Assembly (NCBI GenBank): GCA_963735595.1
Contig: CAVTLK010000002.1
Span: 480,001-544,000 of the forward strand
Direction of reading: 5' to 3'
Length of the DNA: 64,000 nt
From: an uncultured delta proteobacterium
GTDB taxonomy: Bacteria > Desulfobacterota > Zymogenia > Zymogenales > Zymogenaceae
In this document: positions 9,901 to 21,120 of the stretch, piece by piece
Layout: every line of letters starts with the position of its first letter
Numbering within the stretch: the stretch's first letter is position 1
Translations under genes and position numbers: made by a program
Notes under the pieces: model-generated
Database searches by the model: none
Seen by the model: the letters and a program-made list of their open reading frames with translations, nothing else
Told to the model about the DNA's origin: nothing

Positions 9901-11370
9901 TTACGTGGGGGTTTTTGCGTCACGGAGAAAAATGTTTACAGCCAGATACCTCAATTCCTTCTTGATATCCTTTACAATCAACAGCATTATCGAAATATAA
10001 AGGAGTATCGAAACAAGAATCAGGCCGAAAAAAAAGAGAAACGTCATATCTTTCCCACTCCAGATCCATACTCCGTACGGCAGACCGATAACCGCGATTG
10101 ACACGAGAAGCGGACGGATAGCCTGATTGATCAGCTCGCGGGCGATCGCGGGGAAAAAGCCGTTCATGAGAAAACATATTATCACGATACAGATGAAATT
10201 CAGGGACGCAATAAAAGAGGCGAGTCCCGAAATCCCCAGATAGCGTACTACCGGCACAATACCCATCAGCATAAGGGCAAGTTGACCGAGATTCAGCCAG
10301 AAGACCTCCCGAACTTTACCCATCGACATGAAGAGGGCCCCCGCATGAGAGAAAAGGGAGCGGAGCAGGCCATATACGGTGAGAATCTGGGCGCACAGAA
10401 TTGCCTTATCCCACTTTCCATTATAAAAGAGGTGGAAAAAATGCGGGATATACCAGACAATACCGACGGCCAACGGGATGTTTATGATCGCCAGCCAGCG
10501 GTAGGCCATCAGATAGGTATCCCGGACCCTGCTGAGGTCGGAGCCCATCTTGATAAATGCGGGATACAGCACCTTGGACATCGCGTGGGAGATCTGCGTT
10601 GCCACGACACTTCCTATACGGTAGGCGATATCATAATACCCCAGGGTTGCAGTCCCGAGGATTCTTCCCACGCTGACGCTGTCGATATTTCGTATCACGA
10701 AGTTTATCGTCGTTGAGGACATTGCGTATGATCCGAACCCGGCAAGCTCCCTCAGCACGAAGGGGTGAAATCTGAGTGTCGGGTGCCACGGCGACACGGC
10801 GAACGTCGCCACCAGCCCAACGATGCACAGCGCCAGATATCCGAAGATAATACTCCAGTATTTGAACCCGTACCACGCCAGAACAAGACAGACAACAAAG
10901 TAAGCTAAAAACGACAACACCTCCGGCACAGCCCGCCTCTTGAAAGCCATCTCCTTTTCCATCAGGGAGGTGGGAATCGAGGAAAAGGCGGTGATCACCA
11001 GCGAGAAGGGGAGAACCTTCATCACGTCTTCAACGGCCGGATTACCAAAAAAGACCGCCGCGGGGCGCGCCAACAGCCAGCCGACAAGAAACAGAAAAAG
11101 ACTGATCGTGACGGAAATGACGAGCGTCGTGTTGGCCGCCTCGCTGACATTTTTCTTTTGGTAGATGATTGCCTGGTTCATTCCGAAGTCGCGAAACAGG
11201 CCGAGGGAGGCGGTGATTAGATTGGCAACGGATACGACTCCGAAGTCGTCTGGGGCAAGGATACCGGCCAGCACCAGGGTGGTCAGCATCGTCAGGGAGC
11301 GGGAAAAGGCGGAGCTCACTGTCACCCAGTAAAATGAGTCGGTAATCGTTCCCTTGAAACTCCCGGTCAA
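9901..11370 (-). CDS. wzx: Wzx-type oligosaccharide flippase (WzxC-like)
   Basis: LAGILAPDDFGVV, DFGMNQAIIY, GRILGTATLGYYDIAY, VLYPAF and many TM segments. Confidence 0.88.
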   Translation of the reverse strand: MTGSFKGTITDSFYWVTVSSAFSRSLTMLTTLVLAGILAPDDFGVVSVANLITASLGLFRDFGMNQAIIYQKKNVSEAANTTLVISVTISLFLFLVGWLLARPAAVFFGNPAVEDVMKVLPFSLVITAFSSIPTSLMEKEMAFKRRAVPEVLSFLAYFVVCLVLAWYGFKYWSIIFGYLALCIVGLVATFAVSPWHPTLRFHPFVLRELAGFGSYAMSSTTINFVIRNIDSVSVGRILGTATLGYYDIAYRIGSVVATQISHAMSKVLYPAFIKMGSDLSRVRDTYLMAYRWLAIINIPLAVGIVWYIPHFFHLFYNGKWDKAILCAQILTVYGLLRSLFSHAGALFMSMGKVREVFWLNLGQLALMLMGIVPVVRYLGISGLASFIASLNFICIVIICFLMNGFFPAIARELINQAIRPLLVSIAVIGLPYGVWIWSGKDMTFLFFFGLILVSILLYISIMLLIVKDIKKELRYLAVNIFLRDAKTPT

Positions 11371-12170
11371 CGGCGGTCTCCGGCGGCGGAGTTGGGCCGC
11401 TTTCGAGCCGTCATCAGCAGAATATCGGAGCGGGCGCGGCTCATGAAGAGGGGATCAACCCGGTAGATGAGGCCACCGATGATTCTCTCAAGATCAACAT
11501 GGAGCTTGGTGAGCTGCCATTTGACGAACGAGTAGACGGAAGGAAGTGGGATCGGCTTTTTGAGCAGGTAGTTAACCGGAATGATTATCTCCGGGACAAG
11601 TCCCACTTTATCCATTGCGTTACGGTACGTCTCAAGATTACGATGTTGGTAATAGTAAGGCGGCCGCGGGGGGCCGGCATCTCGGAATGTATCGGTAATG
11701 AAAAGAACGCCGTTTTGATTCAGACTATCCGCGAGATTGGAAAGGGCCCGGCCAAAGGCATCGTCGGCGGTGATATAGTAAAGGACGTCAAGGCAATTTA
11801 CTATGTCAAAACGCCCCTTGGCTGCGAACGAAGATGAACCGATATCAGCCACTTCAAGGTCATACTGGGGATATAGGACCCGCAAATTTGAGATGCTTAG
11901 GTCGACAAGGTCTACCCCGGTAATACCGGCGGCTTCGGCTTTTCGATAGTACTCGATCCAATAGCCCGTGCCCGAGCCAACGTCAAAAACGTGTTTACCC
12001 GCAGCCCCCCCGTAGTGAGAAAGGGCCTTTTTCAGGGCGCGTTCGTAAGCTCGATAGACAAACGAATTATAGCCCTCATTAAAGGAGACGTGACCGCTGG
12101 AGCCGATGGTGAACTTCTTTTCATATCTTTTCTTCCAGTAATCCTTGACGACGTTCCGTTCATCTTCCAT
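11367..12170 (-). CDS. Class I SAM-dependent methyltransferase
   Basis: VFDVGSGTGYW, GVDL, FDIVNCLDVLYYI. Confidence 0.85.
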   Translation of the reverse strand: MEDERNVVKDYWKKRYEKKFTIGSSGHVSFNEGYNSFVYRAYERALKKALSHYGGAAGKHVFDVGSGTGYWIEYYRKAEAAGITGVDLVDLSISNLRVLYPQYDLEVADIGSSSFAAKGRFDIVNCLDVLYYITADDAFGRALSNLADSLNQNGVLFITDTFRDAGPPRPPYYYQHRNLETYRNAMDKVGLVPEIIIPVNYLLKKPIPLPSVYSFVKWQLTKLHVDLERIIGGLIYRVDPLFMSRARSDILLMTARKRPNSAAGDRR

Positions 12171-13401
12171 AACTGTATTTCCTCCGGTCCGGGAAGCTTT
12201 CCCAAGGGATGCCGATATATCCAGATAAACGGCGCCCGCGCCCGAGGATCAGGTGGTCGGTCCTTGTTCCATTGATCTCGATAACCGCGCGCGAGACGTC
12301 CGGGACGAGAAAACAAATTCCCCGAAGATCAGTTATATCGGGGACGCGATCCCCTGAAACGGGATCGGCGATCCCCTGGATGGAGACGACTGTATGGCCG
12401 CCGGTCCGTACGGCCCTAAAGCGAAGGTGCCGATGCACCAGATGGTATGAGAGGAGCCTTTCTGTCGTGGTAACGAGGATTTCCCGTCGGTCGCAATAGT
12501 GCACGAGTCTCATGAGCGCTTGACGCTCCTGGTCTGAAAAAAGGGTACCCGGCTCTCCCTGAGGGATACCGAGATGGATGTAGGCCACCATATATCCCCC
12601 CTTCCGGGACAGCGTTTTTAGGTTTTCGGCAGAAAGTATCTCCCCGAGGTTGTTGCGATGGGCGCAGTCCCACCGGCCGAACCGTCTAAAGGCCCAGAAA
12701 GTTTGATTGTCGGCAAGAGTAACCGGGAACAGCAAGTCATTGGTGGAATGGTCGAGAGGCGATTTGCCCGAAACAATCATTTTGGCAAGATATCTTAGGT
12801 GCCCCAGCGACCTTACGACGAAAGAAGGGTGAAATCGTTTGTTTCGATAGGTATCCTTGATGGTCAGTTTCCTTGCCTGTCCGACGTGGGGGGAAAGGTC
12901 ACCGACCCACAGGAAACGCACTCCGATCGGAACCAGGAGGTCGGCAATGTAGGCGTCGGACACCGGGTCGTCGCCCGACGCAATTCGAATATTCTGGCGG
13001 TTATGTCTGTCCCCATGATTTGTCCAGATGGGCAGGCTGATCCCCTCTCGAAGGAGCGCCTCAACGGCTCTGACCATTGTCTTCCTATCGACCCCTCCGA
13101 CCCCTGAGTAGTTCCCGAGGGCATGGAGGCTATCGATCTTTTCCGCCTTGATCATCTTACGAATTGCAGCGAGATAGGTCGAGGGTGAAAAAGAAGGATA
13201 CTCCAAAAGAGAGAAGGCATTATAATCGGCCCCGGTCATCTGATACGCGAAGATCGAATCGGCAAGGGGTATGCTGAGGTCATCAAACACCTTGTGCACC
13301 GCGCGAAAACTCTCCCATGGGGTCCCGTCGATATCGTTGCTGATGGACAGAATCGCCCGATAGGGATAGGGAAAGGGGAGGAGTGAAACCTTATGAACCA
13401 T
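12160..13401 (-). CDS. Hypothetical protein, possibly of the polysaccharide deacetylase/NodB-like fold
   Basis: LPFPYPYRAILSISNDIDG, DSLH, WTNHG, GGYMVAYIHLG; overlaps both neighbours, so it is operonic. Confidence 0.5.
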   Translation of the reverse strand: MVHKVSLLPFPYPYRAILSISNDIDGTPWESFRAVHKVFDDLSIPLADSIFAYQMTGADYNAFSLLEYPSFSPSTYLAAIRKMIKAEKIDSLHALGNYSGVGGVDRKTMVRAVEALLREGISLPIWTNHGDRHNRQNIRIASGDDPVSDAYIADLLVPIGVRFLWVGDLSPHVGQARKLTIKDTYRNKRFHPSFVVRSLGHLRYLAKMIVSGKSPLDHSTNDLLFPVTLADNQTFWAFRRFGRWDCAHRNNLGEILSAENLKTLSRKGGYMVAYIHLGIPQGEPGTLFSDQERQALMRLVHYCDRREILVTTTERLLSYHLVHRHLRFRAVRTGGHTVVSIQGIADPVSGDRVPDITDLRGICFLVPDVSRAVIEINGTRTDHLILGRGRRLSGYIGIPWESFPDRRKYSYGR

Positions 13402-14534
13402 CGACACCCTGTCTACTCCAGAGGCTTCTTAGGTAAAAATCGGCCGATAGACAGAAGCGCTTTATGCCCCTCTGCGTGAAATGCGCCAACATCAGGTGGT
13501 CTTCCTGGTCGGTCCAGAAATATTTGTAGTTATCGGTTCCTCTGAGGAAGAGGTACTCGTCGATTCCCCAAGATTTGGCATGGAGCATCTCATTGTGGAA
13601 AAGGACAAGCCCGGCCCGGTTTTTTTCCCACCGCACATCCATGCCCGCGTTGTAGTAGTAGAGGCGGCGGTTCATGACAAAATTAAGATGGATCGCCGCG
13701 ATATGATCCCCTACGGATATCCAGGTAAAGAGGAGCCTCCCGGCGTCAAAAAGCCGCCGGGACGCGCTGTGTAAGAAGTCACGGAACGGCGGGGTGGTAA
13801 GTTTCGTGAATCTACCGGTCCTCCTGCTGCGCCCTTCGTGGAGCGTCAGAAATATCCTGAATGTCTCATCGAAATCATTGCCGACCAAACCAGTTCCGAA
13901 GTGATACCGGCAGTGCCGTGCGAATGAGCGCTCATATTCGACGAGGCGCCGGAGTGTCTTTGATTCCTTCATGTCCCGGCCATATCGCAACGGGTCAATT
14001 ACGGCGCGGGGGCACAGATCTTTAACGCTCTGGTGGACTATAAGCCCGGCGCTTCGGGCCGCTTCGATCAGGATTGGATATAATGGGGATTCTCCGACAA
14101 TATCTTTCAACTCGATGAAAGACCACTCCCGTTTTCGCGCCGTAAGATAGCGAACCCAGAACGAGACGGCGGGATCTTCCATACCGCGCCGAATGATAAA
14201 GTCCAGGTAATCGGTGGCGGTATAATCCTGCCCGATGGTATGGACTGCGTTCAACCGCCACATGAAGAAAGACTTGCGGGTGGAAATAAAATGGGGGAAG
14301 ACGGCCACCGGTTTATCGTGGAGATAGAGGACGACTATAAAGAGGCCGACGGCCGCCTCCATAATATTCCCACCAGGTGAAAAGCCACTCCCAGGATGAG
14401 AATACGGAGGCACCGCTGTCGGCAATGAGCGTTCCCCACGCTTCCTGAAGTTCCAGAAATCCTTGCCGGTCCGATATAAAGACGAGTCTGAATGCCTCGT
14501 GGATTTCGGCACACGCGGGCACGTCGCTGCGCAT
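13391..14534 (-). CDS. GNAT-family acetyltransferase (CelD/BcsL-like), one frameshift near 14345
   Basis: N-terminus LQEAWGTLI...VFSSWEWLFTWWEYYG is in one frame; the rest (TDYLDFI...LYYYNAGMD...AGLVL...YLFLRGTDNYKYFW) is in another. Confidence 0.75.
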
Positions 14535-14701
14535 TCGGGTGGAATCGATTGGAGAGACGTTACCCGTCTTCATATAGAAAGACCCGCTTTTTATCACATC
14601 GTGCGTGGCGAAAAACGCCGTGCCCGTGATCGCCCGGCCGCCGCGCCGCAGGTTTTTTACCTTTGCTTTATGCGCACCATTATGTCACAATATTTATTAC
14701 A

Positions 14702-15985
14702 ATGCAATCACCCCGACGAGACCGCACGGCAAAGCGAGTAATCTTTATAGCTCACAACTTTCCGCCCATGGGCGGCGGGGGTGTACAGCGGAGTGTCAAG
14801 TTCGTCAAATATCTACCCGAATTCGGCTGGGAGCCGGTGGTGGTGGCAGCAGCGGACCGCCACTACTGGGCGCGGGACGATACGCTGCTTAGCGATATCC
14901 CTCCGGGCACACGTGTTATGAGGCTCTCTCCTGCCAGGCCCCACCTTTTATATTCGCTGTTTGCCGCGATAACTTCCGACGCCGTCTCGCGGAAGATCCT
15001 GGATAACATCTTCATCCCCGATGACCGCATCATTTGGGCGCTCAAGGCGGCCCTATGCGCCCGCACGATTGTCAGAGAAGGCACGATCAGGCTCATCTAC
15101 ACCACCTCCCCGCCCCACAGCGCCCATACCGCCGGGCTTATCCTCAAGCGGATGACAGGGTTACCCTGGGTGGCGGACTTCCGGGATCCCTGGACGGGTG
15201 ACTTTCGCTATAATCCGCCGACACGATGGGTCAGAAAAGTGCATACCTGCTGCGAAAGGAAGATCCTTGAAGAAGCCGACCGGGTCATTTGCATCACCGA
15301 GTCAACGCGGCACAGCTATATAACCGGCTTTGGAATCGATCCGGGACGTCTTGTGACGATCTATAACGGTTTTGATGCCTCTGACTTCGGCGTCGACTAT
15401 AGACGCCGGGACGCATCCTCCAACCGGATTATGATCACTCATTCCGGATCGTTTTACGGTACCTATTTTCCCGATACGTTCATTCATGCCCTGGCCGAGG
15501 TCCTGAATAACGATGCGGACCTGAGAAAACGTATAACCATGCGGTTCATCGGGGTTATGGAAAAGGGGATGGAGGAGAGAATTCGGCGGGTTCTCCCCGA
15601 CCATTGTATGTTTTCCGGATACGTGAGCCATCCCGAGGCGGTGAAAGCCGTTATGGAATCGGACATCAACCTGATCGCGCTGCCGGTCGAGGAAAGGGTA
15701 TTGTATATGGTCTCCGGTAAGCTCTTCGAATACCTTGCCGCCGGGAAGCCGATTCTGGCCATTGCCCCGCGGGGCGAAGCTGCGCATATCATTGAAACGG
15801 CAAAAGCGGGGATAGTCCTCTCCCAAAACGGAGTGCATGAGCTTTCTGATGCCCTGCGCCGCGCGATCCCACTGCTGGCGGGGACAGGTGGCGGCGTGTC
15901 GGACAAAAGGACGATAGACGGATTTGAGAGAAAGCGCCTGACAGGACAACTCGCCCGGGTTTTCGATGACGCTATCGGGGAATAG
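14702..15985 (+). CDS. Glycosyltransferase family 4
   Basis: HNFPPMGGGGVQR, TTSPPHSAH, WVADFRDPW, IYNGFD, SGKLFEYLAAGKPIL. Confidence 0.9.
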   Translation: MQSPRRDRTAKRVIFIAHNFPPMGGGGVQRSVKFVKYLPEFGWEPVVVAAADRHYWARDDTLLSDIPPGTRVMRLSPARPHLLYSLFAAITSDAVSRKILDNIFIPDDRIIWALKAALCARTIVREGTIRLIYTTSPPHSAHTAGLILKRMTGLPWVADFRDPWTGDFRYNPPTRWVRKVHTCCERKILEEADRVICITESTRHSYITGFGIDPGRLVTIYNGFDASDFGVDYRRRDASSNRIMITHSGSFYGTYFPDTFIHALAEVLNNDADLRKRITMRFIGVMEKGMEERIRRVLPDHCMFSGYVSHPEAVKAVMESDINLIALPVEERVLYMVSGKLFEYLAAGKPILAIAPRGEAAHIIETAKAGIVLSQNGVHELSDALRRAIPLLAGTGGGVSDKRTIDGFERKRLTGQLARVFDDAIGE

Positions 15986-15991
15986 TCGACT

Positions 15992-17181
15992 ATGCGAATC
16001 GGCTATATACTTGAGAATATGAAAGGAGGGTGGCTCACCTACGAGATCGACGCGCTGGCCGATCTCTGGGCGGAGATTACCATCCATCCCGTCAATCCCG
16101 CGACCTATGAAGTATTTGGGGTGGATGCCCGGTATCGAACCAGGACAATTCCCGGAGATCTCGTCAGGGCGGGAGCAATCTCTTTTGTCCATCCGGTTGC
16201 CGCGTCCGGCCTTTTCAGGAGACTGTCATCGTATGCGGGAAGGAAAATAGCTCTGGCTGCGCTTTCCACGGCCTGGGTAGTCGGCAGGCAGAAGCCGGAC
16301 ATTCTCCACGCCCATTTCGCCACAGCCCCCGCCGCCGCGGCATGGGCGGCGTCACGGCTCACCGGTATTCCGTACGGGTTTTCCGCGCACGCCTACGACC
16401 TGTTCAAGGAGCCGATAGACCGGGAGTTTCTCACCCAAAAATGCGCCGACGCCGCCTTCGTCCGCTGTATCTCCGACTATAACCGCCGCTATCTTATGCA
16501 GACCACGGGGGTCGATGAGACGAAGTTTCACGTCATTCACTGCGGGATCGATACGCGCCGCTTCGCCGTTGACGGGAAGGGGCCGGAGGGACATCCCCGT
16601 AAAAAGACGATTGTGACGATGGGCAACCTCGTTGAGCAGAAGGGAATTCGGCATCTCGTTGAGGCGCTTTCCGATCCGACGCTCAAACGCAATGGCTACC
16701 GGGCGGTCATCGTGGGAGACGGACCGCTCCGGGAGGAGCTGACCGCGCAGGCGCTGTCACTGGGTGTCGAGGCCCAGTTTACCGGGGTCGTGGATAATAG
16801 TGAGATCATGCGGTTCTACCGGGAGGCCGATCTTTTTGTCCTGCCGAGCGTGATCTGCCCCGACGGGCACAGGGACGGCATCCCGGTCGTCCTCATGGAG
16901 GCGATGGCCTGCGGCGTTCCGGTCATATCGACGAGGCTGTCCGGGATACCCGAGCTGGTCGAAGACGGTGTGAGCGGTATCCTGGTGCCGGAAAAGGACC
17001 CCCGGTCGCTTTCCGGCGCGATCGGTACCCTCCTTGCCAACGCCGATATGGGAGGCGGTTTTCGATCGAAGGACGGAAAAAGGTCGTCAATGAATTTGAA
17101 ATCAGACAAGTGGGCCGTCAGTTGATGGAGATATTTTCCGGCTGCGCGAATAGAGGGGGGGGTAGTGGCCGCGAAACATAA
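15992..17181 (+). CDS. Glycosyltransferase family 4, frameshift near 17050
   Basis: LHAHFA, SAHAYDLF, HCGID, DGIPVVLMEAMACGVPV. The typical C-terminus GRKKVVNEFEI continues in the adjacent frame to a stop at 17181. Confidence 0.88.
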
Positions 17182-18358
17182 GAAGGACGATAGGCGCGAA
17201 AAGAATCTCTTTTACGCCTGCTGTGAAGACCTGACCCGGGAGGGGGCGTGGACCGTTCATATCCGTGAGGTGGTCAACAACTGGGAGAAGCTGGGGGTAC
17301 CGGTTACCCTTTTTGCCCCCCGGATACGGCCCTTTTCCGTTCCCCCGGTTTGCGACGTCATATACGTCCCGACGATAGACGTGAGGATTGTCAGCGAATA
17401 CCTCTATCTTGCCATACTTCCCTTTTATATCCTCCTCTTCGGCCTGAGGCGGCGGCCGGACGCCCTCTACTGCCGGGAGATGAACCTTATGGCCCCGGTC
17501 GTGTGCGTAGCCCGCCTGTTGGGTATACCCGTCATCATGGAGATAAACGGATTTCTTCTCGGCGACTTGCGAATGATCGGGGCCTCCCGCTTGAGGTTGT
17601 CGATCTTTCGATTCTTTCAGATGATAAACCTCAGGTTGGCCGACTCCATCGTTTTTGCCGGGAAGGACTATATCGACCTCTTCGGCCAGGAATACAACAT
17701 CGAAAAAGAAAAGGCGCGCTTCGTCCCCAACGGGGTTGACACGGACCTCTTTTCTCCCGGCAATAGACAAGAGGCGGCGCGGCTTATCGGCCTTGACCCG
17801 GCAAGAACATACGTGACCTTCGTCGGCACGTTCCATCCTCACTCGCTTACGCCGCTCATTATCAGGGCGGCCCGGCGGATTGTCGGGAGGTACGACGATA
17901 TTGACTTTCTTATGGTCGGGGAAGGGCACGATCTTGCCACGTGCAGGGCGATGGCGGGGAAAATGGGAATTTCCGATCGCGTTATCTTCCGGGGGACACA
18001 AAAAAACCGCGATGTCCCGAACTACTTACGGTCCTCGGCCTTATTGATCAACCTTATCGAGGGTTCGGAAGACTGTGGGAGCATGAAACTCCTTGAATAC
18101 ATGTCGTCGGGAGGGGCCGTCGTCGTAAACAAGGGATCAGCCTTCGGTATTTCGTTGACCCATCGCAAAGACTGCTGCATCATAAAAGAGACGATACCGG
18201 AGGCCCTTGCCGAAGCCATTGAGACCCTCCTCGGCGACGCCGCCACGAGACAAAAGATGGGAATGAACGCCCGCAGGCTTATCATCGACCATTTCAGCTG
18301 GAAAAAGACGGCCGAAAAGCTCATTTCGGTTATCGACGAGGTGGGCAATCGACACTAA
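17165..18358 (+). CDS. Glycosyltransferase family 4
   Basis: MEINGF, VPNGVDTDLF, FVGTF, MKLLEYMSSG, FSWKKTAEK. Confidence 0.88.
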   Translation: MAAKHKKDDRREKNLFYACCEDLTREGAWTVHIREVVNNWEKLGVPVTLFAPRIRPFSVPPVCDVIYVPTIDVRIVSEYLYLAILPFYILLFGLRRRPDALYCREMNLMAPVVCVARLLGIPVIMEINGFLLGDLRMIGASRLRLSIFRFFQMINLRLADSIVFAGKDYIDLFGQEYNIEKEKARFVPNGVDTDLFSPGNRQEAARLIGLDPARTYVTFVGTFHPHSLTPLIIRAARRIVGRYDDIDFLMVGEGHDLATCRAMAGKMGISDRVIFRGTQKNRDVPNYLRSSALLINLIEGSEDCGSMKLLEYMSSGGAVVVNKGSAFGISLTHRKDCCIIKETIPEALAEAIETLLGDAATRQKMGMNARRLIIDHFSWKKTAEKLISVIDEVGNRH

Positions 18359-18359
18359 G

Positions 18360-19476
18360 ATGAAAAAGGTGCTGGTCCTCAACATCGGCGGCATCGGTGA
18401 CATGGTGCTGGCGACCCCGGCACTCGAATGTCTTGCGGGACGGGTCGAAGGAGGGAAGCTGGACATCCTGACGGCGGATCGTTCGGCGCCCGTGATCCAG
18501 GCGGCGCCCTTTGTCGGCCGTGTGTATACGGTTGACGTGTCGGTACTGACGGGCAGGCCCGGTTTCGGCGGGCTGATCCGGCTTTCGGCCTCGCTCCTGA
18601 CCCTGATTCGCCTCCGGATGAACCGGTACGACCTGGCCGTTGACCTGATGGCCGTGGAGAGCCCGCAGGCGGCGCGCAGGAGGAGGCTCCTCGTCGATAT
18701 GATCTCACCCGCTCGAAGGGCAGGCAGGAATACGAACGGGTGGGCCGACTATCTGGACGTGAAGGCCGGTGAGGACCTCTTGTCGGGCGTCCACGAGGCG
18801 GACCGGAAGCTGGCGGTAGTCGGAGGCCCTTTTCGGCAACGTCCCGGGGCGGGCCATGCGGGTCTATTCCACCGAAAGGGACGCCCGGACCGCGCGGGGC
18901 CTGTTCCATTCGCTTCTGAAGAAGGGTGACGACGGCGTCGCCATCCTCGTGCCGGGGGCCTGGCGTCCCACGAGACGGTGGGATATGGAGGGATTTATCA
19001 CCGTGGGTAACTACCTTGGCCGTCGTCACCGCCTTTCGGTGGCGGTTTGCGGCTCGCCGGATGAGCGGGACATCCTCGATGCCGTTGCACGGGGTATTCC
19101 GGGGGCGTCCGTCCTGATAGACGTGCCGCCGAGGGTCCTGTTTGAGACGATCGGGCGATGTGATATAATGATCACCAACGATACGGGCCCGATGCACCTG
19201 GCGGCGGCGGCCGAGAAACCGGGGATCGTCGCGATATTCGGCCCGGAAAATCCCGATCGGTACGCCCCGAGGCGCAACGAGAGGTCAGTCGTGATTTCCG
19301 ATCGGGTAGACTGTTCGCCCTGCGTCCGTTATTCCTGCCCCGATATGCGCTGCCTCGCGGGGATTGGAGCCGGACGGGTTCTGGAAGCGGTCGATAGCCT
19401 TATGACAAAAAGGGATACAAGCGGCGCCGGGCGAAACCGGCCGAGAAAAAAAGCAGGCCGTACGGAGACGCCATGA
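18360..19476 (+). CDS. Glycosyltransferase family 9 (heptosyltransferase-like), frameshift near 18830-18856
   Basis: GGIGDMVLATPAL in the first frame; PGAWRPTRRW, ITNDTGPMHLAAA, AIFGPENP, CSPC in the second. Confidence 0.85.
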
Positions 19477-20432
19477 ACGAGGGGATGAAGGCCGGGACGA
19501 AGACCGGGACAAAGACCGGCAAGGGGGGGGACCTCCGCGATCGGCACGCGGACCGGTCTGTTTCCGTGGTCGTGGCTACCATAGGCAGGGGGCGGCTCCT
19601 TGTGCAGACGGTCCGGGGACTCCTCGGGAACGACTATCCCTCTTTTGAGGTCATCGTCGTGGACCAGACCCCCGAGCCTGAGCCGGACGTGCTCACCTTC
19701 ATGGAACAGAACCACGGGCGCGTCAGGTATATCCACCGGACGCAACCCGGCCTGCCGGACGCCCGCAATGCCGGCGTTGCCGCAGCCCGGGGGGACGTGG
19801 TTCTGTTCGTTGACGATGACGTGACGGTCGACCGCCGCCTCATCAGCGGGCACGCCGGCGTCTACGCCGAAGGCGGGGTAGGGGGGACGGCGGGGCGGGT
19901 GCTGGCGGCCGGCGGCGCGCCCACGACGGTGGAGCGCAGGCAGTCCCATATCGCCAAGATCAGGCTCATGGGGCTTGTCATCCGGGACCATTTTGACGCC
20001 GATATACGGACGCGGGCCGACCACGTTCGGGGATGCAATATGTCGTTTCTCCGGCAAGCAATCAATGAAGCGGGCGGATTTGACGGCCGCTTCGGGGGCA
20101 GCGCGCACCTCGAAGAGACCGACCTGGCGTGCCGGGTGCGTGCAGCGGGGTACCGGCTTGTCTTCGAGCCGGCGGCATCTCTTGTCCATATCATGGAGCC
20201 GGCAGGCGGATGCCGTCCGAAAAACCCGCGTGACTGGTTCTTCTGGTACGGCCACAACTGCTGCCTCTTCTATCGAAAGAACTTCCCGTGGTGGTTCTTC
20301 CCGGTGCTCGGCGCCGCCTTTGCCGCCCGGCTCCCGTTTTCCGCGGTTAAAAACCGGCGGACGGGCGTGATCCGCTGGGGTCTGGAGGGATTCATGAAAG
20401 GGCTCGACACCTATTGGCGCGCCGCAATATGA
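19473..20432 (+). CDS. Glycosyltransferase family 2
   Basis: VSVVVAT, VIVVDQ, GLPDARNAG, LFVDDD, GCNMSF, EETDLACR. Confidence 0.9.
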   Translation: MNEGMKAGTKTGTKTGKGGDLRDRHADRSVSVVVATIGRGRLLVQTVRGLLGNDYPSFEVIVVDQTPEPEPDVLTFMEQNHGRVRYIHRTQPGLPDARNAGVAAARGDVVLFVDDDVTVDRRLISGHAGVYAEGGVGGTAGRVLAAGGAPTTVERRQSHIAKIRLMGLVIRDHFDADIRTRADHVRGCNMSFLRQAINEAGGFDGRFGGSAHLEETDLACRVRAAGYRLVFEPAASLVHIMEPAGGCRPKNPRDWFFWYGHNCCLFYRKNFPWWFFPVLGAAFAARLPFSAVKNRRTGVIRWGLEGFMKGLDTYWRAAI

Positions 20433-20463
20433 CGCGCTCAACCGCTCTGACGGACGACGGCCT

Positions 20464-21120
20464 ATGATTATCAGGAGACTGATCGCCCGTATCTTTGTTG
20501 CCGCGCGCGGGAACGGCGGTTCGGACCTTTCCCGGGGGCCGCTCTCGGACCGTATCAGGGATGCGGCCGTTGCCGTACTCCTGGAGGCGGGCGGAGGGCC
20601 GGTGCTCGAGGTCGGGGTGGGTGAAGGCCTCCTGGCCCGGGAGGCGGTCGTACGGGGGGGTATGAAGAGACTCGTCGGCATGGATATTCTGTGCGAAAAC
20701 CTCAGGAGGGCGCGGGAACGGGTCAGAAGGCCGGATGCATTTGCCGTGATATGCGCACGGGGAGACCGCATCCCGTTTAAGGCGTCATCGTTTTTGAGGG
20801 TCGTCTGCATCAATACGCTGCATAATCAGGCGACCTGGTCACAGGTCGAGACGATCGTTTCCGCGGGGGCCGCGCTGGTCGGGGAGGGCGGGAGCCTCAT
20901 CCTCGATATCAGGAACGCCTGGGACCCGCTCATCGGCTCGGCCTACCGCTATTCGACGGTTTTCGACCCGTCGACGAAACGGCTGCCGGTGCGCGCCTAC
21001 CGTCTCGGGCGTATGAGGCGGCTGCTCGAGCGGTACGGGTTTCGGATTGTCAGGAAGGTCGGGATATACTATCCGTTCTGGTTTTTGCCCAGTGCCTTTG
21101 TCATCGAGGCCCGGCGATGA
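20464..21120 (+). CDS. Class I SAM-dependent methyltransferase
   Basis: VLEVGVGEG, GMDI, IPFKASSF. Confidence 0.75.
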   Translation: MIIRRLIARIFVAARGNGGSDLSRGPLSDRIRDAAVAVLLEAGGGPVLEVGVGEGLLAREAVVRGGMKRLVGMDILCENLRRARERVRRPDAFAVICARGDRIPFKASSFLRVVCINTLHNQATWSQVETIVSAGAALVGEGGSLILDIRNAWDPLIGSAYRYSTVFDPSTKRLPVRAYRLGRMRRLLERYGFRIVRKVGIYYPFWFLPSAFVIEARR